Shown here one piece after another: positions 13,001-25,659 of a stretch of 64,000 bases of DNA (position 1 is the stretch's first letter; each line of letters starts with the position of its first letter). The position numbers and the translations under genes are program-made. This DNA is from Carcharhinus amblyrhynchos (lineage: Eukaryota). The DNA is taken from contig OZ336873.1 of the NCBI GenBank assembly GCA_965287045.1, positions 106,392,001 to 106,456,000 on the forward strand. The letters are read 5' to 3'. The notes under the pieces are model-generated. The model worked only from the letters and a program-made list of their open reading frames with translations, did not search any database and was not told the origin of the DNA.

Positions 13001-13300
13001 TTAAAGTTTAAATTAAAGTTTATTCATTAGTGTCACAAGTAAGCCTACTGCAGTGAAGCCTCTATGAAAATCCCCTAGTCGCCACACTCCAGTGCCTGTT
13101 TGGGTACACTGAGGGAGAGTTTAGCTTGGTCAATGCACCTAACCAGCACATCTTTTGGACTTGTGGGAGGAAACCGGATCATCTGGAGGAAACCCCGCAG
13201 TCATGGGGAGAACATGCAGACTCTGCACTGGCAGTGACCCAAGCTGGGAATCAAACTCAGGTCCCTGGTGCTGTGATGCAGCAGTGCCAACGTGCTGCCC
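13001..13300 (-). mobile_element. V-type SINE, type B tail, inserted in the Gypsy 3' LTR
   Basis: Full head, core and tail; flanked by the imperfect duplication ccatttacaag / ccattacaaag. Confidence 0.88.
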
Positions 13301-13316
13301 CCATTACAAAGATATA

Positions 13317-14461
13317 GGGCAGAATTTTCAAAACAGTATGACAATGGAAATCCTCCCACATCCACCTTTTCAGCAAGTTCTGGCACTCTGTCAATTTTTT
13401 TAACAGCTGGGAGCTTTGTGCCGGTATGCTGGGGTGGAGTCTACACACGCTAATGAAGCTAGCTTCAGAGCACTTGGGTGCCATTTTGTGGGGTCCCCCA
13501 ATCTGCTGGTGAACTCAGGGACCTTCCCCCTCCCCCCCACACACACCCCCACCCACCCAACCCCCACCCCAAAAGACATTGGACTGCCTTTCTTCATCAG
13601 TGACAATATCACACACCCCACCAACACAGGTTGCTGGTTTCATAGAGAATTGTAGAATCCCACAGTGCAGAAGGAGGCCATTCAGCCCATCGAGTCTGCA
13701 CTGACCACAACCCCATCCAGGCCCAATCCCCATAACCACTTATATTTACCCTAGCTAATCCCCCTGACATTAAGGGGAAATTCAGCATCACCAATTCACC
13801 TTGCCTGCATATCTTTGCACTGTGAGAGGGAATCAGAGCACCCAGAAGAAATACAGGGAGAATGTACAGACTCTGCACAGAGAGTGACCCAAGCTGGGAA
13901 TCGAACCTGGGCCCCTAGTACTGTGAGGCAGCAGTGCTAACCACTTTGCTCCTGTGCCACCCCGGGGAATCAGACCCCTCATAAGAGGTTCCATGGCAGA
14001 ATCCCAACATGACCCCTCTGCACTACTTCCCTCCTCCCCCACATTGGCATCCTGTGCATAGCCTCTGTTTGAGCCCCGCCCCCACTTAGGCCCCATCCCC
14101 ACTCAGACCCCACCTCTTTGGTACTGCCCTAGGAAAACTTAATGCCCAATTAGGCTCTGCCAGGGTATCATGTAGTCACTGCCAGTTTTCTAGGTGGGCT
14201 CTGCCTAGCCATGCTCCTGACTACCCAGGAGTCTCAATGGCCTCTAATTCCGCCTGGCATGGCCATGGTACCTGACATCATTACTGCAGGGCAGTAGTTC
14301 TTCTTGTTGGCATGATGCCTTTTGGGGTGCAAAACCATTTTTGCCTGTAAAACAGGGCTGGGAAGATAGCAGTCATATTTGCATCCTTTTTGGCTTCTCA
14401 AGTTATGTTCCCAGCTCGTCACATTGATCGATGAGCATGGCAGGCTGGTAAGATCACACTG
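13317..14461. mobile_element. Non-autonomous Harbinger-type element inserted in the Gypsy 3' LTR
   Basis: Degenerate TIRs GGGCAGAATTTT ... GTAAGATCACACTG with a 3-bp ATA duplication; removing it restores LTR sequence matching the 5' LTR. Confidence 0.7.
13641..13961 (-). mobile_element. HE1 SINE, full length, nested in the Harbinger-type element
   Basis: tRNA head (gggttcgattccc on the minus strand), V-core, CR1-derived tail cagtgcagaaggaggccattcagcccatc. Confidence 0.9.
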
Positions 14462-14689
14462 ATAGTAAAATATATACAAGCTAGGAGCTGTCATCATGCT
14501 TCAGATTGAACATGACTCTGTCCAATGCCAGACTGACCCTGGTGATTTCTTACATCACTGTGTGGGTGGTACTATACCCAGCTCCACATGAACTTGACAT
14601 GTGCCATGTTCTTATATTACATTTCATCCCAGTCTTTATCCAATATATTTTAAGCCATTATGTGTTATATTGTTATTTTTACATTCTAC

Positions 14690-15101
14690 ACCATCCAGGA
14701 CAAAGCAGCCCATTTGATTGGCACCACATTTACAAACATTCAATCCCTCCACCACCGACACTCAGTAGCAGCCGTGTGTATTACCTGTCAGATGCACTGC
14801 AACAATTCACCAAAGATCCTTAGACAGTACCTTCCAAACCCATAGCCACTTCCACCTGGAAGGACAAGGGCAGCAGATACATAGGAACACCACCACCTGT
14901 AAGTTCCTCTCCAAGCCACTCACAGTTCCTTCGCAGTCACTGGGTCAAAATTCTGAAATTCCCTCCCTAACATCACTGTGGGTCAATCCACAGCATGTCA
15001 ACTGCAGCAATTCAAGAAGGCACCTTCTCAAGGGCAACTAGGAATGGGCAGTAAATGCTGGCAAGCCAGAGACACCATGTCCCACAAATGAATAAAAAAA
15101 A
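14690..15101 (+). mobile_element. CR1/L2-clade LINE 3' end (second family)
   Basis: TIQDKAAHLIGTT..NIQSLHHR.SVAAVC peptide and aatgaataaaaaa tail; same family as 24780 and 32500. Confidence 0.8.
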
Positions 15102-15134
15102 TTACCCCATCTGCTCCCTTCAAGTTGTTAAATG

Positions 15135-16200
15135 CAAAGGTCGAGACAGTCTGGAGGCTTTAGATCTCTTCCATATCTGGTGTTCACCACAGTTGGTGGA
15201 GTGGTAAACATTCTCACTGCTATTTCTGTCATACCTTTTTGATTTAGGAATCCTGGCTGTGACTGCAAGTTGAATTCCTCCAAGTCCATGGTGTGTAGTC
15301 CAAAGCTAGAAGTCTTTGTCTGACAGGCCAGTTATGCTGGCTCCTGCTTGCATTCAACACTTGAAATTGCTATTGACAGAAATGTCTGCCTTCCAAATTG
15401 AGAGGCCAAGATCATCAACCTCACCAAAGAAGGACAGCTGTGTGTCTTCTGAGCTTGCAGGCTCAGCCTGGTGAATGATCATTGACTTTTATCTGAGTTT
15501 AAGAGATTTTGCCCTATACAGTTTTGCTATAGTGTCCAATGCTGTTGCACTGAAAGTCTTGTGAGATTCAGGGACATTGATCTTACCCGTAGGGACACTT
15601 GGCTCCACAATGTTGACGTGGTCAAACTGCTGGCTGGTTCAGGTATTGTGTTCCCTGGCTTGGAGTGTCCCTGTGTTTTCGCTGAAAAACGAACTCCACT
15701 GTGGGTTGACTTCTGCATCACTGTTTATTTTCTCTCCTTTGAAATGATCTGGTGTGGTTCGTGGAGTTCTGACTATGTGGATTGCCTTTTTTGGAGTTGG
15801 ATCTTCCTTTGCTTTCATGAGGTAATGGTTATAGAAGGCATCATGTGCTACTCCTGTCAATGTTCTGCCTTTGAGTTCTGCTTTTAAATCTCCTTACTTG
15901 CAACCTTCTGCCATCTTATGCAGATTATTGATTTTAGATCTTTTGAGTATTTTGCTACTTTATTAAAATAAATGTTGAATTATTTTATCTCCTTTTTGAA
16001 TTTTGTGGCTGATTCATTAATTCCCTATGTGGCAATAATGTTGTCTGCAATCAGTCCTATCGGGTTAAGTTGCATATTCACTTCCCCTTCTGACTTTTTA
16101 TTTAAACCTGAAGCAATGCTGTATCTTGAAAATCTTTCCCTTCAGTGTTTTCAATTTTGTGATTGATTTGAGCCTTTGAAATTCTGACCCATATTCAAAA
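15135..16200 (-). pseudogene. Gypsy gag-protease remnant fused to the integrase C-terminus
   Basis: RFSRYSIASGLNKK and INNLHKMAEGCK*GDLKAEL (gag), decayed CCHC knuckle (CP...CNSIGHYSK), WKADISVN...FK...GASIT (protease), then TRYGRDLKPPDCLDL (integrase end). Confidence 0.8.
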
Positions 16201-16949
16201 TTTTAAAAGTGTATGTTCTGCTTTAAGAGCTGTCTCAATTTCAAACTAGCATTGCCATTCACTTGGGTCAAAGGGGTTTCTGACCCTTGCTAGTTGTGGT
16301 GGACTCTTCTACAATGGCAGTTGTGCTAGTTTGAAAAACATTTTCAACAATAGATGCCTGAATTGGAGGCCTGTAGAGTTCTCCTGCTCAGCATTTTACT
16401 TCAAAGTTCCAAGTTTTCACCTCGAGTAATCAATGAGTTATTCATTAATCATTTTGAAGCAAACTTGGATGCCACATGATAAGGCCCTGCTCCAGGTATC
16501 ATAACTTTCAGTGACGGGCTTTTTTCAAACTATATTTCTGGCTCTGAATTATTTAAAGATTTCTCAGAACTTGCTGTATCCTGGAATTTCAAAAGTTTTA
16601 GCTCACCCCTGCTAGGGTGTGGATGATGCACTCTGGGTTCTGCAGCTGGGTTTCAAGGAATCCTTTGGAGTATTCTGAAACAGTAGGGAATTTTAAGATC
16701 TCTGTCTTTCTTCCAAGCCTTTCCCTGGGCCTGTTTCCTGATGAGTTTTCCTTGGTGCCTCAGCTTCTGCGGCTTCTTTTCAGGTCAGAATACTTCATTA
16801 TTCTTTTCTTACAGTTTTTCAACATTTCAAATTATCTCTGCATTTTAGCAAGAATTTGGTGTTTTTTTTCCACAAGCTACCAGCATGTTGTTTTGATATC
16901 TTGGTGGGTTTTAATAAAGTCTTTATAGGCTGGAGTAGGTGAACCATAA

Positions 16950-17151
16950 TGTTTTACTAATTCTAGAACTGGTTACTAAGATATAATAAAGATTACAAGC
17001 TCGGAGCTATCTAAGTGCTTGGGTCTGCATACAGTTCTGTCCAACACTAGACTGACCCTACATGTGGGTCATTTGCAATCTCACGTCACTGTGTTAACAG
17101 CACTATACTTTGCCCTACATTAACTCTATATACGTTAGGCCCTACACTACA
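16950..17151 (-). repeat. Gypsy 5' LTR
   Basis: TG...CA termini, similarity to 14462-14621 (tctgtccaa..c.agactgaccct, ac.tcactgtgt), adjacent TGGT. Confidence 0.75.
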
Positions 17152-18990
17152 ATACCATTGTTTACATATCTCAGTCAGCAATGCATTTTTGTTTATGCCA
17201 CTGTTACAATAGTGACTTTCCTTAATCTCCATTGACACCCTGTGTGACCTTGATACAGTTCCAATTTTCTCTTGTCTAAGTTGGAGTTGGAGCTCTCACT
17301 ATGCTAAGTTGCTCACCTTGCTTTGACACTATCTGTAAACTATCTTGCACTCTGTGTCACTTTTAAATTATGATGGGGGTGGGGGCACGTGTATGAGTGA
17401 CAAGCGGGGGCTTCCCTCCCTACCCCCAGCAAATTGCTTCGGTCGTGACTCTTCATTCTGGTAATTCCCATATGGTCAGGAACTTTGTCTGCATTCTGAA
17501 CGTTTCTTATTTTCACAAAGCTTGTGCACTTCCTACCTGAATCAATTAACTTTCCAACAGTTACACTCATTGAGTGGCTTGTGCTGATTAAAAGTGTTAA
17601 TGATCATTAAAGCTGTGAATGTCTGGGAGTTTTTCTTCCTGTAACTAATGACATCCTCAATAACTGACTTTTCCAAACTGTGATTAGGAACAGTACTTCC
17701 TCCTGCTTTTCTGAGAGGAAAATATTGCTATTGGAACCTAGAATATGATTTCAAAACAGATTTTCCAGGCTGACGTACATGTGTAACCCCACATATAGTA
17801 ACATTAAAATTAGAACTTGGCTCTCATAATTTGGATATTTTTCCATAACCATTGTAGCAAGATTTTAAATGTTAATTTTAGAATTGAAAACATGAATTTA
17901 TAGTTTGAATGCAAGTACAATAGGTGGTTACTTCAATAAGAAAACTTCCACTTTGAAGTTTTGATGTCTGCAGTGTACTTTCATAGCTCCTTTAATGATG
18001 CAAAACATCACCACACGCCTCACAAGGATGCAATCATGCAGACCTGGGATTCAATAGTCAGATAAATCAGAACTATTCCTATTCCCAGGCTTTGAATTGC
18101 GCCATCTGGATGCCCAATCTCAGGAGATTGCAAATATCATCAATGTTGCTTTGTAGAGTATGATTATTTCAGGTTTATAATATCTGTTTGATGTCTGGAT
18201 ATTAATACATTGAATAAGTGCATTTCATGTTGTAGTACAAGTTCTGTCTGTGTATTTGCAGAATTTTTATTTATGTCCTTTATAATTTCTTCAATTGCTA
18301 ACCTACCTGGTTCTCTTGTGACTACTTTTGAAAAGGTCAAAAGCAATTTTAATCCACTTTGTCACATATCTCATTTGTAACAGGGGACAGAAAAGCAGAA
18401 GTATTGTACCCGAGGGAGAAGGTATGACAGAACTGGATGGAAATGTCTCCGGAGATGCAACAGAAATGCTCAAGTGTGTTTTTCCCAAAGCTTGAAGTTG
18501 GCACGATCTCAAACCGGCAGAAAAGAGTATTTGTCATCAAAATCCAAATGTCACAGGCTTTTGCAAAAGATTTCACCTTTTGAGAATCAGCTGATTAACA
18601 TATTTTAAAATATGTTTAAAACATGTTCAGTTAACTCCAGGTTGCAATTCATTTGGACACTAAAGTGAAGCTTAAAATAAATGGGGCTTATAACTGGGTT
18701 AAAATGACACACAGAGGAATTTGATGCAAGTGTGGCAAATTAGCACACAGGAAATTGAGTCTGCTGAAGGTTTAAGCTGCTGTTTATTTAATGACGTGAC
18801 TGAAAAGGTTGCAGTTCCAGAAGCAAAAAAGCATGGGCAATAATTCCATAGCTAGAAAATTAAATAGAAGGAACAAGAAGCACACACCTATAATATCAAT
18901 TATGTCCTTTACACACTTTAATATTATTAAAGGCAGAGGTTTCCCTGGTTGATAGCAAAAAAAAACTGGTGCAAGTGAGCTCTACTCAAT

Positions 18991-19120
18991 GGGTGTGATC
19001 TTATCCGCCCCTTCAGGCCATGCTCCCATTGCAGTGACGATGGAGCTTTTGGCGACAAGCCAAATCTCTGTTCACTGCAGCGGGGTGGGAAAATCCAGCT
19101 GGCATTAATGGTCAGATAAT
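18991..19120. mobile_element. Harbinger-type MITE
   Basis: Starts GGGTGTGATCTTA; internal tggagcttttggcgacaagccaaatctc; right TIR decayed. Confidence 0.55.
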
Positions 19121-19689
19121 GTTTTTATCCCCAAACTAAATTCTAGTGAATTACTTCAGAATTATGATTCTATATACCAGAATTTTCTTGCTAGGAATGG
19201 TTTAAGACAAGAATGGAAGGGGAAAAAGTGATCTGTTAGTTCTAAGTAAGTATGTGAGTTAACAAGATGCTTGATAGTGAAGGGTGCTTAAGTTCACGTA
19301 AATGAAATATGAATTTTAACGAGGGTTTTCAGAGGGGTCGCATTTTGAGAAATTAAATAAAAATTTAATGTTGGAGAAAGCAGGAACTGTTAAAACATTT
19401 AAATAAGATCTGGATTTCAGTATAATTATTTAAGGATGAATGGACAAGCCTGGGCACGAATATTCCTTTCAGCCTCATGTAAAATAGATTGCTGAGTTAA
19501 AACTGAATGATTACAATTCCTACTTCCTGCATAGAAACCAGGAGAGAAAGCAAAAATTTGTTGCACAGCCCAAGTGCTGGTACGGTTCTTTCAAAGTTAA
19601 ATATGCTGCTGTTTCCTCAAATAAACGCTGGTTTTCTCCAGCTGACACAATGGAACTGTCTTTCAGTCGAACAGAGAATATGTCACCAG

Positions 19690-19805
19690 TGATTTGAATG
19701 TCAGTTCTGATGAAAGGCCATCGACCTGCAATGTTAACTCTGTTCCCTCTCGACAGATACTGCCTGACCTGTTGGGTATTGTCAGTATTTTCTGTTTCAA
19801 TTTAG
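19690..19805 (+). mobile_element. Penelope-like-derived short repeat with a decayed hammerhead motif
   Basis: AGTT-CTGATGA-AAGGCCATCGACCT-GCAA-TGTT-AACT; 11-bp flanking duplication tatgtcaccag (19679-19689, 19806-19816). Confidence 0.65.
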
Positions 19806-20469
19806 TATGTCACCAGCAGTTGTGTATGTTTGCATCAGTGAATTGAATGCCATTTCCTAATAGTGAAAGAATGCCTGAAATGTACATTGAACGGTGACAT
19901 ATGCTGTTTACTCCATGAATCTTTGTGCTTCCTAGCAGAACCTTGTTGTAAGGGGATCTCAATCACTAGATTTGGCTGTTACTGATATGAATTCTGAGTT
20001 CTCCATTTTCACATGTCTGAACTATCTAATTGCCAATTATAGCCAGCAAGTAAGTCAAAAACTGCCTTACTTAATTTTTACAGCTGCCATTTTCTGAAAT
20101 TTTGCTCCATAACTTCTAACCATTCATTTGTGCTAAGGCATTTCTCGTTCCAATCTTAATGGGAAGATGAATCAATTAATATAAAATCACAAAACTGATT
20201 GCTAGCATTACTCTATCAAGCCATCACATTGTCCCAATGTACTTATGCCATTTTCAGGTGAAGCCTGTCAGGTTTGGGCTCCCATAAGTAGAATTGAATA
20301 GACTCAATCTGTCAATTCATGATTCTGCATGAGAAGAGACACTTACTGGTTATAAAAATGATTATTAACTGGCTCATCTTTGAGGAACATAGACACTTGA
20401 ACAAGTTCCATGTTTGTTGTGGAACGTGGCAATATACAAATCAAATTTTAAAAAAAATTGCCAGGGAGA

Positions 20470-21250
20470 TGCATTGGGTGTAGTTCCCCAATCATTTTTG
20501 CTGGGCCACTATTGGTCCAGTGGATTCTTTCAGGCGGACATCAGTACTGCCTTGCAGTTTGCCATTCATAGGTGCATCAAGGAGGCCATAGAGGCACAGA
20601 CAACAAAGAGAGGGGACTTCACCCTCTTCTGCATTAGGGCAGAACAGCAAGATGAAAGAGCAAGTGGCTTTACCAGGATAGCAGGTTCTTGAGGTGTAGA
20701 GAATCATCCACTATGCACATGTGACTCTGGAGATCCTCGTCAATGGGGAGAATAACAGGACCTGCAAGGTTTGACAACTATCCAAACATGTAATTGGTGT
20801 GTGATTGCACAAAGGCTTCATCTTGGTGAATGCCTGCTGTCTTGGCACACCTACCATACATTTATCCCGTGCCAATCCACACTACTTACTGCTTTTGGGC
20901 ATCCAGGCGACATCAGGAGATGGCCGCTCAGTGATAAGAGCACACTCCATTACATATGCTGATTACCTCCTTTCATCATCCTACCATGCAATGTCAGAAG
21001 ACCTTCAATGAGTATTGTGGAGCGACCTACAACACAGTGTAGCCAGCCATCGGCTTCCTCAAACAGCATTTCTGCTGCTAGATTGTTTGGGAGGATGTCT
21101 ACAGTGTATACCAGAGAGGAAACTCATGGTTGTGGTGGTGTGTTGATTTCTCCACAACCCTGTCATTCTCAGGATTTGACCTCTTTCCCCTGGGTGCAGA
21201 AGGTGATCTTAGTTGAAGAAGGATGAAGAGGAAGTGGAGACAGCAGAGAG
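20470..21250 (+). pseudogene. Decayed Harbinger (HARBI1-like) DDE transposase
   Basis: SGFFQ...FAIHRCIKE...QQDERASGFTRIAG, LVCD, WPLSDKS and AIGFLKQHF...GGCLQ match HARBI1-family motifs in order, with many stops and frameshifts; the element probably extends to a TIR-like end at ~21983. Confidence 0.8.
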
Positions 21251-22404
21251 GAGATTGCATTCACCCAGTGCAACTCCAGTAGGTAAGGGGAACCATAATG
21301 TCAAACTTTATTTCAGCTAAAAGGGCCATTCCCCACCCAAATGTATGTTCACCACTCCCCATGTTATATTCGTATCAGACTCCCCAGCTTCAGCCTAAGT
21401 GGCAACAGTCTGAGATGACTGACTAAAAGACAATAAAAAGGGCATTGGCAGAGTGGCAATGGAAACAGAAATTGAATGAAGAAAGCTGGGTTGTTCTCCC
21501 TGGTGCCACTGTCACTCCCAGAGGCTGGCAGGCACCAGTTCTTGCCTGTCTGAAAGCGTAAGAGTATTAAGTGGAAGGTCTGGATGAAAGGGAGGAGGCA
21601 ATCAAGTGACCTGTGTTTCCATTCTATGACACCTTTCAGAATAGAAGTGAAGACTGTATGGAGAGGGTGCATTATGCAGCACTCACCATCACCAAGAAGG
21701 TCTCGGCAAGACAGATACTGTGATGTGATGCGGATGTACCTTTAAGTGTTGTATCTTAAAATGCTGTCAATCACTAATACCTCAGCAGGATATGAGATAT
21801 TAAAATGTATTTAAATTAGGTTCATGCCATTCTGGGCATGAGCTTGATTACATCACCAGTGAGGACAGGCAGAAATTGGAAGTCGCAATCTCACCAGTGA
21901 GATCTGCAATTTGGGAGGTTTTGCTTATTCTTGAGCCCCTGCTGCATTCCCATGAATGGAAGACGAGGACTCAAGATTGTCCCTTTCTGTCTGAAGTAGC
22001 CATTATACAACACAATACATTTGCAAGTCTCTGAAACCTATCAGTAGTTTGCTTATCCATCCAGACAAGCTGATCTTTGTTGGAGGCTGCTGTACATTTT
22101 CAGAATGCTGGTTAGGGGTGCTATGTTTGTCTTGTCCCTCAGACTGTGTTCTGTTTGCAACTGGATCACTCAATGTTTTTGGTAATGATATTTTTCTGAT
22201 CTAGCATCTGTTTCATGACACTTTCATACCATTTTGTGTTTGTACTCGATATCATCTTGGTCCTGGGCATGTATAAATGATTGGCTATTTAAGTTCTGCT
22301 TAAACCTTACAGCATGTCAACTTATACTGATTAAGCCCACCCAAATTTGAACAATCTTGCTGATTTAAACTGCTGTCAATCACTACCAATTTAATAGGAT
22401 GGTT

Positions 22405-22748
22405 TTTCTTTGCTCGTGGGAAATAAATGTCACTGGCTGGCCAGCATTTATTGCCCACTCCTGATTAGCTGAGACTCAACCACATTGCTGTGACTCTTGA
22501 GTCACATGGAGGCTAGACCAGGTGAGGATGGCAGGTTTCCTTCCATAAAGGACATCAGTGAACCAAATGGGTTTTTCTAACAATCAATGGTTTCACAGTC
22601 ATCAGTAAATTCTTAATTCCAGAAATTATTATTGAATTCAAATTTCACCATCTGCTATGGCAGAATTCGAACTTGGGTCCCCAGAATATTAGCTGAGTCT
22701 CTGGATTAATAGTCCAGTGATAATACCACTAGGCCATTGCCTTCCCCA
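22405..22748 (-). mobile_element. tRNA-derived SINE with a tail shared with the CR1/L2-clade family at 14690
   Basis: Minus-strand head tggcctagtggtattatcactggactattaatccagag...gttcgaattc; tail gggcaataaatgctggccagcc. Confidence 0.8.
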
Positions 22749-23027
22749 TGACTGGTAGTCAGTCTGTAACTGGCAGCAGTAGAAGACTTGCCGTGATTGC
22801 ACGTTGTGAAAATATTGCCAAGTTAAGAGACCACACCTTTAAGATCAATATGATGAAGCTGTACTACGTTCAGTCTGATCACCGTGGCTAATCAGAAAAT
22901 TGAAGACATGGATGTAGTGAAGAGGAAATACTAAACTGGAAGGAAAAGCTATACAAATCTCCAATCTTGTGTTTTGAAAGAATGAGAATAAAAAAGACAT
23001 TAGAATGGTACTTACAGAAGATACAAT

Positions 23028-23112
23028 TCATAGAATCCTTACAATGCAGAAAGAGGTCATTTGGCCCATTGAGTCTGCACCTACCACAATCCCACCCAGG
23101 CCCTACACCCTA
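23028..23112 (-). mobile_element. HE1 SINE 3' tail fragment
   Basis: tcatagaatccttacaatgcagaaagaggtcatttggcccattgagtctgcac. Confidence 0.75.
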
Positions 23113-23591
23113 CTTAAAGGAGTGGAATAGGTGTGCTGAATAATAGGGCAGAAACTTCCCTCAAAAAAACTAAGGCTAGAATTCTTCAGTCTCATACATC
23201 CCCAACCACTTATGTGGAGCACAATTTCAAGATCAACCAAGGCAACCAGAACAAAGCATTACAGCTGAAACCAGGAAAATACATGGTAGAGCCAAAAGCA
23301 GAAAACATTTTGTCAAAGAAAGGATGATTAATATTTGGAAGCATATTCTGTGTAGGGAGTGTAGTTAAGATCTCTGGAATCATTAATCCTTCAAGTGTCA
23401 GTTAAATGCAACAATCGACCCTCTAGTTTCTATGGAAAAACAAAGCAGGTGAGTTAAATACCTTTCTTAATTATTATAATATCTTATTCGTAAAGGACTG
23501 GGAATTGGCTGTTAAACGAATATGTCTACCTGGGTGCCACATTAAGCTATGTGCTGAATAATAGGGCAGAGATTTCCACCCAAAAAACTAA

Positions 23592-23725
23592 GGCTAGAAT
23601 TCTCCAGTCTCATACACCCCCTGCCACTGCTAGTCAGAATGGAGAATTTGGCACTCAGCCAAATCTTCATTCACAGCAACGGGTCTGAAGATCCCAGCCA
23701 CAGGCCAGGTTGGAGAATTCTAGGC
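23592..23725. mobile_element. PIF/Harbinger MITE with TAA target-site duplication
   Basis: TAA|GGCTAGAATTCTCC ... GGAGAATTCTAGGC|TAA: 14-bp TIR with one mismatch and the canonical TWA TSD. Confidence 0.88.
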
Positions 23726-23789
23726 TAAGTGTCATAATAGTGGGAATACCAGAGCAATCGGTACCATTCTGTCAGACACGATCAGGACT

Positions 23790-24755
23790 GCAATTGTCCC
23801 ACACGCGGTCACTGCTTGTGAGAGTGGTGAGTTGTATGCTGGTAATTGGGGGAGGTGTGTGCAAAACACACCAGTGAACTCAGCTGCAGGGAGCTCAGGT
23901 GTCTTTTCTCAAGGGTGCCCCGATCGCGCACTGCACTGGGAGACACCTTCCCTCCCACCAAGGACATTAGTAACACCCCAACATCAGAAGCATGTTCCCC
24001 CTCCCTTATATGGGTCACTGGCATCGGTGCCCTCCTGATGGATCGTCCTGCCTGAAGCCCACCATGCACCCCCCTTCATTATGCAGCCCATCATGGTCTA
24101 AGCCTGCAAGACCCCCCATCGCATGATCCCTCGCATGATCACCCCTTCATGGCTCCCATCATGACCCCCTCTGCATTGCCTCCATTCCATCATAGCTGTG
24201 CCCACAAGCATTACCCCACCTTTACATGGTCTCCACATCATAACCCCCCACCCCACTCTGCCCCACTCCAATGTCACTGCTGCTGACAGACTGGCAGTTT
24301 TCAACCTGAACTGCCAGGGTGTCCAATGGGCACTACCAGTGTGCCAAGTGAGCACTGGCCGACGGGCACTGTCCAGCCATGCCCCCAACCTTTCGGAGGC
24401 TTTAATGAACTCTGAGCATGGCCATTACAACTAAACTCTGCTAGCGGAAGCCTGTACTGATTCGTACCCATGTGATGAGAACATTCTGAGAGGGGGAATG
24501 ATCGTGTGTCGAACTCGCTAATGACATTGAAATCCAATCAATCTTATGCTAATCAGTCTTGCATCCTTTCTGGGCATGATCCAGACTGCACCAGTAGAAA
24601 GCGGCCAGGATGGTTGCAAACTATCTGGCACCGGGCGAAGAACCAATTTATAGGCCTGCATGCTACTTTCCGGGATCAACACAATCTGTGCGAGATGCAG
24701 TGAGATTATAAATTCGTCCCCAGAATGCATCAGTTCACCAAGCACACTGGAAAAC
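23790..24755. mobile_element. Non-autonomous Harbinger-type element
   Basis: Degenerate catg/ccc internal repeats (24060-24250) and subterminal motifs shared with the other large copies. Confidence 0.5.
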
Positions 24756-24779
24756 TATAAGAAATATACTTGCTGAAGC

Positions 24780-25532
24780 TCCAATATTAAGTGCAACAAG
24801 ACCTGAATAATATGCTGGCTTGGGCTGACAAATGGCAAGTAACATTCGCAAGGGCTGGGCAATGACCATCTCCAGTGAGGGGCAAACAAACACCGTCCCT
24901 TGTCATTCAATGGTGATACCATCACTGAATTTCTCACTGTCAATCTCCTTGGGGTTACCATTGACCAGAAACTCAACTGGTCTCACCACATAAATACATT
25001 GGCTGAAAAAGCAGGGCAGAGTTAGGAATACCTGTCCACCATCTACAAGGCACAAGTCTGAAGTGTAATGGAATACTGCCCACTTGCCTGGATGGGTGCA
25101 GCTCCAACAACACTCAAGACGTGTGACGCCATCCAGGACAAAGCAGCTGACTTGTTTGGCACCACATCAACAAACATCCACTCCCTCCACCACCAGTGTG
25201 TACTACCTACCAGATGCACTGCAGCAATTCAACAGAGATACTTAGACAGCACCTTCCAAAGATATGACCACTTCCATGGAGGAGGATAAGGACAGCAGAT
25301 ATATGGGAACACAACCACTGCAAGTTTCCCCTCCAAGTCACTCAGTATCCTGACTTGGCTTTACATAACGCCTTTGCAGTCGCTGGATCAAAAGCCTGAA
25401 ATTCCCTCCCGAATGGCAATTTGGGTCAACCCACAACATGTGGACTGCAATGTTTCAAGAAGGCAGCTCACCACCACCTTCTCAAGGGATAGGCAGAAGC
25501 GATACCCATGTCCCACGGATGAATAAGAAAAA
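24780..25532 (+). mobile_element. CR1/L2-clade LINE 3' portion
   Basis: QDLNNMLAWADKWQVTF, LGVTIDQKLNW, MEYCPLAWMGAAPTTLK...IQDKAA, and 3' tail atgaataagaaaa. Confidence 0.88.
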
Positions 25533-25659
25533 GAGATTATTTACTTTCAGAAGGAAGTTTTCTAAGATTGAAAATATACACTGTATTATCAATATCATTG
25601 TTTATGACTTGACAGGTCCCATGAACGCGGTGATCTGTGGCTCACCTGGCTGCATTTTT

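Larger units (their letters stand above)
12970..17151 (-). mobile_element. Internally deleted Ty3/Gypsy LTR retrotransposon with nested insertions
   Basis: 5' LTR 17151-16950 (TGTAGT...AAAACA) followed by a TGGT primer-binding-site start; decayed gag, protease and integrase tail; purine-rich tract at ~14622-14640; 3' LTR split into 14462-14621, 13301-13316 and 12970-13000. Confidence 0.8.

Noticed and set aside
20414-21226. Domesticated host HARBI1 gene
   Set aside because: Multiple stops and frameshifts, and the catalytic motifs are degraded.
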